From NCBI GenBank assembly GCA_036172245.1, contig JAYWIR010000025.1, forward strand, positions 248,001 to 312,000: a stretch of 64,000 nt of DNA, given 5' to 3'. Position 1 is the first letter of the stretch; every line of letters begins with the position of its first letter. Of this stretch, positions 51,201 to 62,279 are shown piece after piece. The notes below the pieces were generated by a model, which ran no database searches, had not been told where the DNA came from, and saw only the letters and a program-made list of their open reading frames with translations. The translations under genes and the position numbers were made by a program. Source of the DNA: Raillietiella orientalis (Eukaryota).

Positions 51201-52358
51201 CAACCCTGGGTCGCTTCTGTTGTCTGGCTGAAGAGAACGAAGAGGAGGAGGAAGGAAGGGGGAAATGGAAGTTATGAACAGGAGAAGGAGGATACGAGGA
51301 AGAGGAAAAAGAAGAGGAAAGGAGGATGACCAGGAGGAAGAAGATGAAGGGAGGAGAAGGAAGAGGAAAACAGGAAGGCGAAGAAGAAGAGGATGACAAG
51401 GAGAAAAAGAAGTGGAGGAAAGGAGGAAGGCGTTCCTTCCTCGCACGGAAACTTTGGAAAGCTTTCTCCGGTTGGCAGCACGAGTGGTCCTACTTTCCAG
51501 GAGTCTCATGGGCTCCGAGTTGGCCGAGAGGGGTTGAGTTCACGTCCACAGTTGGCAGCTCCCTTCCCCTCATCAGGAGTTCCTCCGGGGAGTCGCTTTC
51601 AGGGGTACCAGCCCAGGCGATTCAATCTTAGCTTTCTAGCCCCTCGGGCGTGCGCGAAAACCACCGCGCTCCCCTGGAAGCGCCACCGAGGCACGGCCGT
51701 TGCTGTCGTCGAGTGAAGGGTTCCTCCCCCCTATAGGCGGTTGCGCGAGGCTCCCCACTGGAGGCTTGACCTTCTTCCCTTATCTAGAAAATACTTCCGC
51801 CTGCGGCATTTGCCCTTACGCAACTCTTCGAAAGGCAGAAAGGGCATCCCTGTCGGCGCGAGAGCTCGCGAAGGCGCGGGGCGGACGCGGAACGTAGCAG
51901 AGGCTCCCCGGAACGCTGCTGCGGCTGTGGGGTGTGGGTCCTGGAGCGCACGCACGTACCGGCAACGATGAGCCACACGGGCTTGGAGGTGCGCGTGCTG
52001 CCGTCGGAGCTCTGCTGCTGGCACTGCCAGATCCCGTTGTCGGAGGAGTTGACCCGCCGGATGCTGATGTCGTTGTACCGCCTTCCTGGGTGCGCCTGCT
52101 TCCTCCAGAAGTGCCTGGTCTGACCTGTGCTCAGGACCTGCTTCCCGTTGTGCAGCCAGACCAGGCGGCCACTCTCGCGCGCCAAGTCGCACTCCAGAAC
52201 GACATCGCTGTGCTGCTTGACGACCACGTGCTTCAGCTCAGAGGCTTTCAAGCCGCCGCGGGTGTCCGCTCCCAAATGCACCAGCTCGGGCAACTGGCCG
52301 AGGTGGTGCGCGGTCCTGCCGCCTCCAGTTCTAACCGAGGATTCCATCGAACTCGCAT
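39015..52358 (-). CDS. fas: Five-Ig-domain, predicted GPI-anchored cell-surface protein, faint sausage/teiresias-like; 5'-partial, 7 exons, ~567 aa
   Basis: Seven phase-compatible GT-AG exons encoding Ig folds (C..W..DxGxY/WxC); motifs FGYPLREG.SV.LKC.V.ANP.STP.W.KDD and FCANPP recall Drosophila faint sausage (from memory, not searched); hydrophobic C-terminus without a cytoplasmic tail. Confidence 0.7.
39985..41400 (-). mobile_element. RFE N-half in Ig-gene intron (probable donor of the 1023-bp duplication)
   Basis: 169-aa ORF 40855-41364 crosses the duplication breakpoint at 41007; NALLIPADA, LSGKRHGSRL..RRAP and HIVESCYIWVTL..LLHSIR align with unit 1. Confidence 0.7.
41570..42880 (+). mobile_element. 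RFE middle plus C-half in Ig-gene intron
   Basis: PLATTLNTIQQSGNSDGLAKWEVSCEIARKKKQLGCW..LSKGILRWAEVL..WQDSALQLLH and EVIAIVCSFMRKATR*PHF..KEFSSILQR align with the copies at 13750-14420 and 27850-28510. Confidence 0.75.
43204..43379 (-). CDS. Ig gene exon: first half of Ig5
   Basis: GMPTI..VTFSVKFCANPPATRVLW; donor TCT|gtaagt, phase 0. Confidence 0.88.
43438..43692 (-). CDS. Ig gene exon: Ig4 (3' boundary uncertain, see findings)
   Basis: gtttctcag| acceptor; ALLSC..CW..GSGRYKC; donor G|gtatct. Confidence 0.8.
45131..45280 (-). CDS. Ig gene exon: second half of Ig3
   Basis: ttgcag| acceptor, |gtatgt donor, 150 nt, phase 1-1; LNFSSISVNDSGWYRC. Confidence 0.92.
45963..46085 (-). CDS. Ig gene exon: first half of Ig3
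   Basis: tttccag| acceptor, |gtaagg donor, 123 nt; YEPEF..FGYPLREGMSVLLKCSVNANP..W. Confidence 0.92.
46700..47250 (+). mobile_element. RFE fragment, N-half (intronic)
   Basis: HCFRE..SLLG and STALWAEQLVES match family blocks. Confidence 0.3.
47443..47784 (-). CDS. Ig gene exon: Ig2 (C2/CD80-like)
   Basis: cttccag| acceptor, |gtgagt donor, 342 nt, phase 1-1; LSLQC..SSP..VQW..VVCSVAH..LNVE. Confidence 0.93.
48795..48970 (-). repeat. ~110-bp dispersed repeat plus CTT/CCT-rich tail, copy A (probably an RFE 3' end)
   Basis: Similar to 51424-51534 (CCTCGC.CG.AACTTTGGAAAG.TT..CCGG..GGCAGCACGAG.GGT..CTT.CCA.GAGTCTC). Confidence 0.8.
49300..50600 (-). mobile_element. RFE fragments: C-half (~49800-50600) followed by an N-half piece (~49300-49800)
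   Basis: VLCAVAG..RALKTLFSRCERLPGAPS..LWNAAL aligns with FSCTVAG..RTQAKGLLRWSDLRGSAS..CWNTPL; LECRVVTGSATQEV aligns with FVFRVDTAATRDV. Confidence 0.5.
51230..51534 (-). repeat. ~110-bp dispersed repeat plus long CTT/CCT microsatellite tail, copy B
   Basis: Matches 48859-48970; GAA/GGA-rich tract at 51230-51425 on plus. Confidence 0.8.
51960..52358 (-). CDS. Ig gene exon: Ig1 (V-like)
   Basis: cttccag| acceptor, G|gtacgt donor, 399 nt, phase 1-1; VVLEC..LVWLHNG..SDNGIWQCQ..VWLIVA. Confidence 0.92.
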
Positions 52359-52649
52359 CTGGAAGGAGGAAGGGAAGGACGAAGAGGTGAATGTTTGCAT
52401 GCCGAAGGGGCCGTGACCACGCCCCCCCCCCCCCGGCATTTACCCGTCGCGCAAGCGGCAAGCGGCGCCATCTCTTGACGTCACCCGCTGGTAACAGAGT
52501 GGGCGGAGCTCCTGTTCGAGATGGGAGCCCGTAAAAGGGGTTCCCATCTCGAACCCTACTCCCTACCCGTAAAAAGGGTATAGAGTGGAGCGTGCAGCAT
52601 GGCTAAGTCAGTGGAAGCGATGGTCCTCCCCCCTTGTATCGGTTCAGCT

Positions 52650-53030
52650 ACGGCATGGCATTCTCCCGCTTTCCTCTTCCCGAATGCACGACTTTTGCTT
52701 CCGGAGGTCACAATGACAAAGAAAAAATAAACTCTCTCTGGAGAGCGTGTCATCCCCAGCAGCCTCACGCGGAGGACTCCCTCCTCTCACCCAACACGGA
52801 AGGTCCGGTCGATGCCCGGGAAAAGCCCCCGGCGCGTGCAATCTGGTGCCACAACCGTGCCCCGCAGGCAAGGAAGGAGCAGAGGAAGGAAAGAACGAAG
52901 ACGGGTCGCAGTGATGTGGGCGGCCGCCATGTTCTATCCTGCTGCAGAGACCAGCTACTTCTGCCCCGGACGCCAGCGAATACCCAAGACGGCAGGGGGC
53001 CACCCCGACCGCAGAGACACCTTGCGGAGG
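52650..53030 (+). mobile_element. RFE C-terminal fragment
   Basis: NSLWRACHP..AEDSLL and ERRRVAVMWAAAMFYPAA align with QRRKVTLMAAAYMEIAA. Confidence 0.5.
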
Positions 53031-53399
53031 CTTCGAAGAGAAGGGGGGCGGGCAAGGAAGCTGATCCAGAAGCAGGGAGATGGGAGGACGCGGCCCGCTC
53101 CGAAACGGGAAAGGTGGAGCCGAGAACATGCTAGGAACGCTCCTTCCCGTCCCGTTTTAATCACTCCGTCTTCTGGCGACGGCTGGGGTCCCTGATTTGT
53201 ATGCCACCCAGCTGGAGCATCAGCGGACCGGCCTCCGCCTCATGGCTTAATTAACGAGCTTGTTAGTTGACGGCACTAATTAAACGGCTCGTTTCGGGGT
53301 TCCGTCCGCGGAGCAGATTAAGGATGCAAACAAAGGGACGGGATGCGCGGAGCGCTGAGATGCAAATCCCATGCTAAGGCGAGCGTATCGATCAGGATC

Positions 53400-54100
53400 A
53401 GCCTCCGTGCGAGAGACCAGATGGGGGAGATCTAAGTCGAATCGCGAGGTTTCCCTCTTTCCCGACTCTTCCCCTTCGTCCAGGAGGAAACGAGATCCCT
53501 CCGTGAAGAGCAGCCGGAAGCCCCCCGCCGCAACATCAAGAGCAAGATAAATCCTCCCACGACACGCATTCCAGGGGATCCTGCAAACAGGAAGGTGTAT
53601 CTGAAGTCCAGAGTCGAGGAGGCAGGAGACTCTTCCCAAACGCGACAGGAATCGAGACCCATTCCAATTAGGATCGCAGTAATGACGGCGGACACAGTGG
53701 CGGAAGCCGCACTTCCCCCTAATGGACGGTGGGGCTTCAGCCAACTCGCCCGTGCCGAGCAGTCGCCCAAAGAAAAGGTTCTTCGGCAGCCTCTGAGGAG
53801 TTCTCACATCAGAGTTCACCCTCCTTAGCCTCTTCGTCTGATCCAGCCCTCGAGACGGCGCGCGAGTAGCATCCTCTCCCTAGACACCGCCGCATCCTGT
53901 CCGTGGATCCAATCGGTCCTCCTCGACCTGTCGTGGCTGCTCTCAGCCACCGACGAGACTCCCCAAGATCCGCGAGAACCTCTGGACGACCGATTCCCGT
54001 CGTAGAGGCTGCTGCAGGAAGTCTCCATAGCTTGGCCGTCAGCTAACCTCGCGCGCGATACCTCGAGGCGAAGGCAAAACCTCGGACGGGGTGTTTCCCT
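53400..54100 (-). mobile_element. RFE N-terminal part, tandem to the 54500-56740 unit
   Basis: ~120-bp block 53848-53966 is very similar to 56587-56705 (WGVSSVA.SSHDR.RRTDWIHGQDAA); GFRHCVRRHYC..LGR aligns with HFRT..ILGR. Confidence 0.55.
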
Positions 54101-54335
54101 GCGTCTCCCGAGCGCTCCTGCCCGGGGAGCGGCCGTTCCAAACGCGCCGGCGCGGGTGCGCTCTCGCGCCATCGTAAGCGCCAGCAGGGTGAGTGCCCCT
54201 GATGGTGCCGCAGTGCATCCCAGCGGAGTAGGGGGCCCTTCGAAGGAACGAAACCGCGGTTAACAACTTTCCTTTCTTTCTTCGAAGGGACCTCAAGACA
54301 ACTTGAGATCATTCAAAGGAGTCAGGAAAAAGCCA

Positions 54336-54437
54336 GGAGCAATGAATGTAGTGAGACCGTACGTAGGGAGGGGAACAGTGAATGCATTAAGGCAGTACAT
54401 ACAGGGAGCAGTGAATGCAGTGAGACGATAACTGCAG
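54336..54437 (+). repeat. Degenerate minisatellite, three ~33-bp units
   Basis: GGAGCAATGAATGTAGTGAGAC / GGAACAGTGAATGCATTAAGGC / GGAGCAGTGAATGCAGTGAGAC. Confidence 0.75.
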
Positions 54438-54499
54438 AAGGGTGATATGAAAGAAAGTAAATGGAAGGAAAGAAAAGGGTTGATGAAGAGAATCTCCAA

Positions 54500-56740
54500 G
54501 CATCATAGGCTCGCAGCTTTCTTGGAATCTGATTGGCTAATGGAACCTCTTTACGGCGCTCTGCCTCTACAGAACCTCAAAGCCGTCGACCTCTCAGTGC
54601 TCCGAGCTGTCCCTGCGCTACCCAGTTTGGGTTCCTTCTTTGCATCCGGAAGGCTGCTGCCCTCTCGCTCTCGCTGGGATTGCCGTCTGTTCGTCTCCAT
54701 GGAGAGCTCTTTGCTACTCCGGCTGAAAGTTTCCTCCGTCCTCTCTGGTTACTCTGACTCCCTCTCTTCCGTTCATTTTGGTGATGAGTTGGCCTCTGTT
54801 CTCGATCAGCTACCAAAATTCAAGGGAGTCTTCGTGGCAAGCTCTACGCAAATAGCATCGTCATAGCAACGGAACCCGCAAGACGCTTTTTCGACCCTTC
54901 GACCCTTTGCTGGCGGTTCTCGGTGGAGTAAGTTCACGTCGAGCCTCTTCCTGACGGAGCTCGTCGGACATTTCGATCATTCGAGAGCTCCAGATTCGTG
55001 CACTATCCTCATCTCTTAGCTTCCTCGAGATTGCGGGGTTCTTCCCCTTTTCTTTCCTCTTTACCTCCCTGTGAGCGAGGAGCACCTTCCTCTTCCTGTT
55101 GGAGCCGGCTGAGTTTCTCCATTGTGAGAATCTGCCTCGCGGCAGTTTCCTTGCTTGTACGTGCACTGCGTTAACCAAGCATCATCTCTCCTGTGCGGTA
55201 TCTGCAGTTTCAGACGCTGAGAAACTGGGCCACCGGAGGGCTCTGCTGAAAGCTGGAATCCTCCCGGTGTGCCGAACTGAAATCGGATTCTAACGTCTCA
55301 GACCGCCTTTACTTTCACTCGCGCAGCATCCCTGTTCCCTCATCCCAGGCACCTCAATCCTTCGAGGCACATCGCATGACCCCTTGTCTTCTTGCTTCAT
55401 ACAAGGACTCTGCGAGCAAAGCTCTGGCCGAGGTCGGGGGGACGGGGGCAGAAAAACCGCTCGACCTCGTCCGGAGTCCTTTCCCAGCTTCCAAGAAGTG
55501 TAGGCTGCAAACCCCCGCCCAGATTCCTTCCTGGATTTCGGAGGACTCGAAAAGGATCTTCCAGACGAGCGGACCGGACGGCTTTGTGAAAGGAAACGAA
55601 CGCGCCCTGCCGTCGCTTCTCTCGAATGAGTGGGTGCGGCAAGTCGTCCTCCAGAGCCGGAGCACCGCCTGCTCCCAGGAAGAAGCGACCCCTGGATCTC
55701 CTGGAGAGAACCGCATCTTCTGAAACGCCGCAGGAACACTGGACAGCCTGCTCTTCTTTTCTCTCTCCTTCTCCGGGAAGGAAGCCTTTAGCCAGGACAT
55801 CACTCGAGTAGCTCGTTCGACCCCGAAGTGAACTCGGTTGAACTCATTTTGGGGTTGCGATGGGGGGGTTGAAATTGCTTGGAACTTTCGCAGCTTTTTC
55901 GGGAATATTCGGAAGCGGACGAGTGGGAAGGCCGTCCTCTTCCTGAATAACTTGAGTTCCCGCTTGCGGCCTATACGCAGACTGTGCAGCAACAGGAACC
56001 TCCGGAACAACGTGGGAAGAACGAAGATCCGGGAAGATCTTTCACACACGTGAGTAGGAGTCTCGTCTGGAAGGCGGCGCTTCCAGTAAAGAGCGCCCTC
56101 TTCTCTATCAGCAGCACCCTCTGAAGAGACAAACCGTCCGCAGGAAGGTGGAAGGACGCGCAACCGGGAACCCCGCCTCGGGACCTCCGCATGGGGCTCG
56201 ACGCGGCAATGCGCGACTCGCGCACTCTCCTCTGGCAAACAGGGTTGCCAGATGACTCTCACGGGAGTCGCCACCGCATTCTTCTCAGGGACAAAACACC
56301 TCCTTCCTAGGAGCTCCTTCATCCCTAGTCGGGCTCGGGCACGGGGAAAACGACCCCTGGGAACTTCGGTCCGGAACAGAGGTGGCGCCATCGAGCTTTC
56401 CCTTCTCCTGTTAGTGCCGTTCGTTCTCGTCCTGTTCCGGTGTGTCTTTAATCTCGCGCTGCTCAGCAGCCGAGGTCGAGTTTCCTGCTGCGGAAGACCG
56501 CAGTCCACCCTTTCGTCTCTCAGGTGCTCCTCGGCTTTCTCGGTCGGAGGACACGAATCTGGAGACACAGCATCCGTTACCATACTCCTCGAGACGGCGC
56601 GCGAGTAGCGTCCTCTCCCAAGAAGACGCTGCATCCTGTCCGTGGATCCAGTCGGTCCTCCTCAACCTGTCGTGGCTACTGTCAGCCACCGATGAGACTC
56701 CCCACGGCTGCAGGGATTTTCCAGGCCCGCGGAACACGCC
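54500..56740 (-). mobile_element. RFE unit containing the longest surviving ORF (426 aa, 55354-56634)
   Basis: Continuous N-half, middle and C-half blocks: FRT..KELLGRRCFV, ALYWKRRL, LLHSLRI, VRFRIF, RLSSVPAAFQ, RALLAESLY, RMIEMSDE..TPP, LNFGS*SR. Confidence 0.7.
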
Positions 56741-56899
56741 CCACGCCCCTAGCAGCCATTTTCACGGCGAATTGACCGACCGCGACCTCAGCTGCGTCGT
56801 CGGTTCCGGACGCCCAGTTTCGCCGGAAGCTACGATCCCCCGTCCACAAGGCGCCGCCCATCCTCCTCCTCTTCCTTTTTCCCCTCCCTCTCTCTCTTG

Positions 56900-57780
56900 C
56901 TGTTTCCGTCGTGTGGCTGAAGATATGCTTGACCCTCGAACAGTTCCCAATTTCGAACTCGCCTCGGGTGGAGCTGCTCGGGGATCAGGTGAGCCACACG
57001 AGAGCAGCAGCAGGCAAGTTGAGTCCACGGCGAGTATTCGAGTCTGCTGGCACCCCTGGTGGCCGCGTTGTCTCTCCCTAAGCCCCCGGTAGCATCGTTT
57101 CTCGTTCCAGACGGCTGTAGAGGGCGCTTCGAAAACGCGTGCACACGAGGAGTCGCTGCCGCCGCAGTGCCTCCCCGTAAAGACGCCCGTACCCTTCCCT
57201 CTCCATCTCTCTCTGATGCTTCCGCATCCCCCTCTGCTTCCCCAACGCGGGCGAGGTGAGGCAGAACGAGGGGGAATCAGAAAGCCGGAGGCCGTGGACA
57301 ACCGCGCAAGACCGCCACGCTCCAGTAATCAGCGTGGCGTCGCTCGCCGCTGCTCGCTCCCGAGGACCACGATCGATGGGATCGATGGCTGCTCCCATCC
57401 ATTCCCTCTCCCTTCTCCGGCCACGTGCATAAAAAGCAAAGCCAGCGCGAGAGATTTATCCCCAGTGACCCTGGCCGCCGACACGACAGACCGGGAGAAG
57501 TAGCTGATGCAGTGTCTTCTCGGATGAGGGGCGTCTCCCTCCTCCTTTCCCTTGCGTTCCCAGCAGGCAGTGACGGTCTCCTCCTGGAGGCTTCGCTTCT
57601 CCCTTCCAGGGCTGTTCCCGCGCTCGGGCTCCGCAACCGATAGTCTGGGACCCAGGCTTGAACACCGCCGGTGTTCTGCAAGGAGGGGAGAGTGCAAGTC
57701 CACCCTCCCGAGGTGGTTCTGGAGCCTTCGCTCCAGCGTGCGCGCGGGTATGGGGTTGGTGGTCGGTTGGCACTCCTCAC
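56900..57780 (-). mobile_element. RFE middle plus C-half, directly upstream of the 54500-56740 unit
   Basis: RRLQNHLGRV, ATLITGAWRSCAV and PWTQLACCCS..RNWELF in family order. Confidence 0.5.
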
Positions 57781-59349
57781 GAGCGGGCGGAGAGCCCTCT
57801 CCTTGGAGGAACGCGGGCAGAAGAAGGCTGGGGAAGCGGATCAGGGAGGTGGGGATGCCAGGCGGCGGAACCACCACGCGCCAGGAGCGCCCGTCCATTT
57901 TGCTCTCTCGCCCTGACCCCTGCAGACCGCCTGCCAAAAAAAAATTGACTTCCTCTCTCTCCGCCTCTCGATCTCCGCTCAGGTCCGTCTCCCCGTTCCC
58001 TCCCGGAAGTGTTGCGTGCCGAGCACCGTCGCATCCTCGGGAGGGCCGTCAGGAATGGCTGCCGTCTCCAGAAGATCGCTAGGGAGCTCACTCGAGTGAG
58101 CGGCGCTGCCGAGCAGCGCCGCTAATCGGAGAGCTGTAGCGAATGCCGGAGGGAACCGGGGGAGCCAATGTAAGGGGAGTGTCCGGTAGAGCAGGAATCA
58201 GCAATGAAGAAGGGGATTCTGATCTCACCCTTCCCTTTTCTTCGTTGCTGGCGTCTGGGGACGTCGTTACTGGCGAAGGCGAACCGGCGTGCGCCTCCCC
58301 GGGGCTGCCGTGAAACCGAAATAGACGCCGTCGACTCTCCGAGGGCTGAAGAGAGCGAGGACGGCGGGTCTGGAGGACGGAGCAGCGACAACATGGCGGC
58401 GCGGACCAGCTGACGAATCCCGCGCTTTCCAGGGGTCCTCGACCCCCATGACTTTCCTTCCCGGTGGTCTCCTGGAGAAGGCGTTGGAAGATTTGGGAAA
58501 GTTTTGGAGGGAAGTGGAGAGCCGGCGAGGAGGAGGACGGAAGGCGGCCTGCTCCGAGCAGACGTGCGCGAAGGAACCACGGGTTGCCTGGGCAAGTGAT
58601 GCGGGACCCAGACGACTGGGAGCGGCATTTGGACCGCCTTTGTAAAGCGCTCAGCCACGGTGGAAACGAGACTAATCGGATGGGAGTCGATACCCCAGTC
58701 CCCGGGTTTCCGGGAAACCGTCGCTATAGATCGATCCGGGTCGAAAGCTTCCTCGAGAGAGGCAGGCGGAAATCTCACGCCCTCCCACCTTTCCAGCCAG
58801 CTTCAAATCGCCCGACCTTCCTCGCAAGGTCGTCCCGGAGCGAAAAGTTCGGGGAGCACAAACACGCCCCCATTTTTCACCTCGCGCTGTTGACAGGGTG
58901 CTCTTCCGGTTGAGTGTGGCCGGAACAGCCTATGCCGGCATCAGGGTTGTCAGGAGAGAGCTGAGCGTAGCGACGCGGTTTCCGACGGGGAGGAGTCCCG
59001 GAGCGACCGCACCTCCCGGGAAGATGCGGCTGCCTCTCTTTCTCTCGGGAGCAGCTTTCCCAGGCAGGAGCGACGGAGCGCCGTCGTCAGGACGGAGGTT
59101 TCCATAAATTGGGGCCTCGGGAATGGGGGCGGCAATTTCGCGCTGTCATGTGCGCAGAGCAGCGCTAATTGGGATGATGGATCGCGCGCGCAGCGCGCTG
59201 CGCTGCCGGCATCCAGTCCCCCGGAAGTCAAGCGAGGACGCGACCCGCACCCCGGCGCCTCCGGACGTTTTGGTGGCGGGACAGGAAAAAAAAGAAATGG
59301 GGCCCCTTGCAAAAATCCCTTCTCCCCTCCCGCCCTTCTCTGAGGCGCC

Positions 59350-60300
59350 GGAATTTCCGGGAGAAAAACGCGAGAGGCAAGGTGGTGGTAAATTTCCGGC
59401 TCTTCGCCGCTATGTCCGGAAGGAGCCGTGGCGCCGACTCGCGGAGGGTGGCTGCTGGTGGCGCCTTTGAGGAGGCCCGTAGATTTGGTTCGTGGGACGC
59501 ACCCCGGTGCTGGGATGAACCCCCTGTTCTTTCCTCGTGAAAGGGAAGCTCTCCCAGGAAGGAGCGCACTTTTTGACACCCTGGAGATGTATCAATCCAC
59601 CAGCTTCATGGTATGCGATGGAGCATCCCAGGGATCTGGTGGGATGGTACCGGGCGGGATTTGAAACCGCGACGCTGGGTGCGACGCGCAGAGACCGCCG
59701 GCTCCATTTTCACAGCCGGTGGGGAGCCCCGAAGGGAACTTGGAAGGACCCCAAAGGGAGCAGTGAGCTTCTGACACTCTGAAGATGCAACCCCCGGGCA
59801 GGGTTGCATCAACCCAGCTCCACGGTACGGCTCCATTTTTCCAGCTGGAGAAGAACCCGGAAGGAACAGGTACCTTGATCCCTGGAAGGACCTTGGAGGG
59901 TCAACTTCCACTCCCGGCCAGTCAACGAAAGCATCCGGCTTCCATTGGGGACGTACTCGGAACCTTGAGGGCAACCAGCGTCATCCTGAGGTGGGGTGGA
60001 CTCGAAAGCCACGACACACACCCCGTTCTCGGTGTCGATCCTTCCCCGGGAGTAATTCGAAGCCGCGACGCTTGGTGGTGCCACGCGCGGAGAGTGCAGC
60101 CGCACCTCCACCGACGCGAGCCGACGCAGTCTGCCTGTCGGCTCAGCACTTCCGTCCCGATGATTCAGGGATGCTGCCTGCAGGACGGCAATGCACACGA
60201 GAGCGGGAGACGTGTTGCCGGTGGGCACTCCGGGCTCGAGAAGGCTCGTTGAACCGCCAACGCGCGCAGGTCGGAAGGCTGCGGCAGGGGACCGAAGCGA
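59350..60300 (-). mobile_element. RFE C-half
   Basis: GRIDTENGVCVVAFESTPP aligns with RHLDFEEDVAAAPFPRTRP; MLSLTGREWKLTLQGP aligns with FLSLNREWMRLLRFP; LQLEKWSR; CAPSWESF. Confidence 0.55.
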
Positions 60301-62279
60301 GGCGCGAAGAGGACAACAAACGTAAGCAAAACGAGGGACGGAGGTGAGGATAGTGGTGCCAGTTCTTGGCATATCCCTTCTCCTGCACTCTCTGTTGCCG
60401 ATGGACCCGCTGCAAACCACCCTCCCCATCGAGAAAGAGGAAGCGGAACTCACAGCCCCTCGTCTTCTCCTGCACACCCCTGGCTAGCACCGGACAGCCA
60501 CAGCCCTTTCGGCATCGACTCGGGTAAGGGATGAGAGAGCATCCGGAGAGGTGGGAACCTCGATGGGTACTCTTCTGCGGCGGTCCTCCGTCCGCACATC
60601 GGGGCGGCATCCGGCAGTCCAAATACGATCGAGAACGAAAAAGTCCACCCCATCCATGGTCTCCACTTCTGGGCACTCAAGAGAGAGGAACCGGAGGAGC
60701 CTCACCTATGCCCCACGCCGTTGGCACCGCGCAGAGGGCACAGAACCCGAGTTCACGAGTTGTTTTCTCTCCCTTCCACTCCCTGGATGCGCCCTCAACA
60801 CTCCCGTGGAAAGGGATCCAAGAAACCGACTTGCTCTCTAGGGACATCTCCAGACTCTCTGCGTGTCTCCTCCCCGAGGGAAAGTAGTCCATGACCCTGG
60901 TCGTCTCAGTCGGGCAAGGCATCTGCAGGAACCTCCAGCGTCGAGAGTCCGTCAAGAGAAACGTCCTACTGGTTCCTGGACCTCGAGGTGACTCCTCGTG
61001 GTCCTTAGAGAGCAGCACCAACCGCGCGGGAACCGGAAGACCGATCCATCTTGCCTCATGCTGGGACCGCTGGAGTTGCGAACGAAGTGTCTAGGCGGAA
61101 GCTGTGGCCCAGGACCATCCAAGGGCACGCCTCCCTCAGTGATGTCTTGGCAAGCCGCTGGCTTCTAAGCAGGAGGTTCAGGGGGGCCGTCCTGGAGGCG
61201 TGCCCACGACCGCCGCCTCCGCCACCCGAGTGGAGGCTCGGTCTCGGAAAGAAACAAGGGCGCCCGCTGTGGAGGAAGCGGAACTCCATTTTTTTTTTTC
61301 TTTTTACCCCGGAAACCCGCAGGTGCAAGCGTGGTCAAACATACGGCTCACTCGTCCGCGTCGCTGTTAGGCACGAGTTTTCGCTTCCTCCGGGACGAAT
61401 CTTTGCATGAGGCAAGCCACCTCAAGGGACACGCAAGTAGTATGCCGCCGTGATGCGTTCCCAGGATGTTCGCCATCGTCCCTCTTCGAGGTCTGGTAGA
61501 CATCTCCTCCTACCTCGGATACCTTCACAAAGCGACTGTCGCATCACACTGCCTCAGGAAGCCGAAAGGCGTCTCTCGTGACAGTCTGTAAACGGGAACG
61601 CTTTATTCTCCTCCTCCCTCCCTGCTCGTCTCTACCGACGCGTCTCAAAGAGCTCGCAAGTAGGCAGAGACCGTTGCCATAGCCACCATGGATCAGAACA
61701 GCAAATGCTTTTTCATAAACATCAGAAATTTGCATTTTTCCGTTCTTCTCCTTCCCTCCCCTCCCCCCAAACACCTCCAATAAAATGAAAAGTCGCTTCA
61801 ATCTCTGCAGCTGCTCAACCCGTTGGTACCAGCACCAGAAACGCCCTCAAGGCAGAGACCCAACATCCACGTGATGCCGACTCAGAAAACGCCGATCTCC
61901 TTCGATGGCTGCCTCCCGTCCTGACGACCAGTGGCACTCGAAGTGGCACTCCGTCCTTCGCATCCCGTCCCTCGCGCCGACTCCATCCTCCTCAGTCATT
62001 CTCTTCCTCGCCTTCTTTCCACGAACAGCTTCCCCGCTCTTCGGCGAATCTTCCCACCTTCGACCCGAAAGGAATGGCTAACCGCACTTTCACTCATCGC
62101 CTCTGACCCACACTTAAATCCCCCTCCCTCAGCAGATCTCCCCATCATCTTTCTCAATCAGCATCCTCGCACCAGCACTCGTCCTCGTCGCCCTTCTACA
62201 CACGATTCCCGGCTTCAAGCAACCTTCCATCCCTTCCCCAGAATCACGGGGGTCGCCCCCAAAACTGCAGCATGAGTCA

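Noticed and set aside
53700..53900. RTE-LINE 3' remnant (MLLARRL..RLPKNLFFGRL)
   Set aside because: Lacks the W.GH motif, and both flanks align with RFE N-terminal blocks
56524..56988. Plus-strand exon with good AG/GT sites (CPWIQSVLLNLSWLL)
   Set aside because: Antisense shadow of the minus-strand RFE frame; the paralogous block at 53.9 kb lacks equivalent exon structure
58560..58760. Gypsy integrase fragment (DPDDWERHLDRL)
   Set aside because: No DDE context; resembles the RFE RHL.R block at least as well
60950..61080. Penelope RT thumb (WFLDLEV..REPEDRSILPH)
   Set aside because: Isolated and equally explicable as the RFE LD.E block; unresolved
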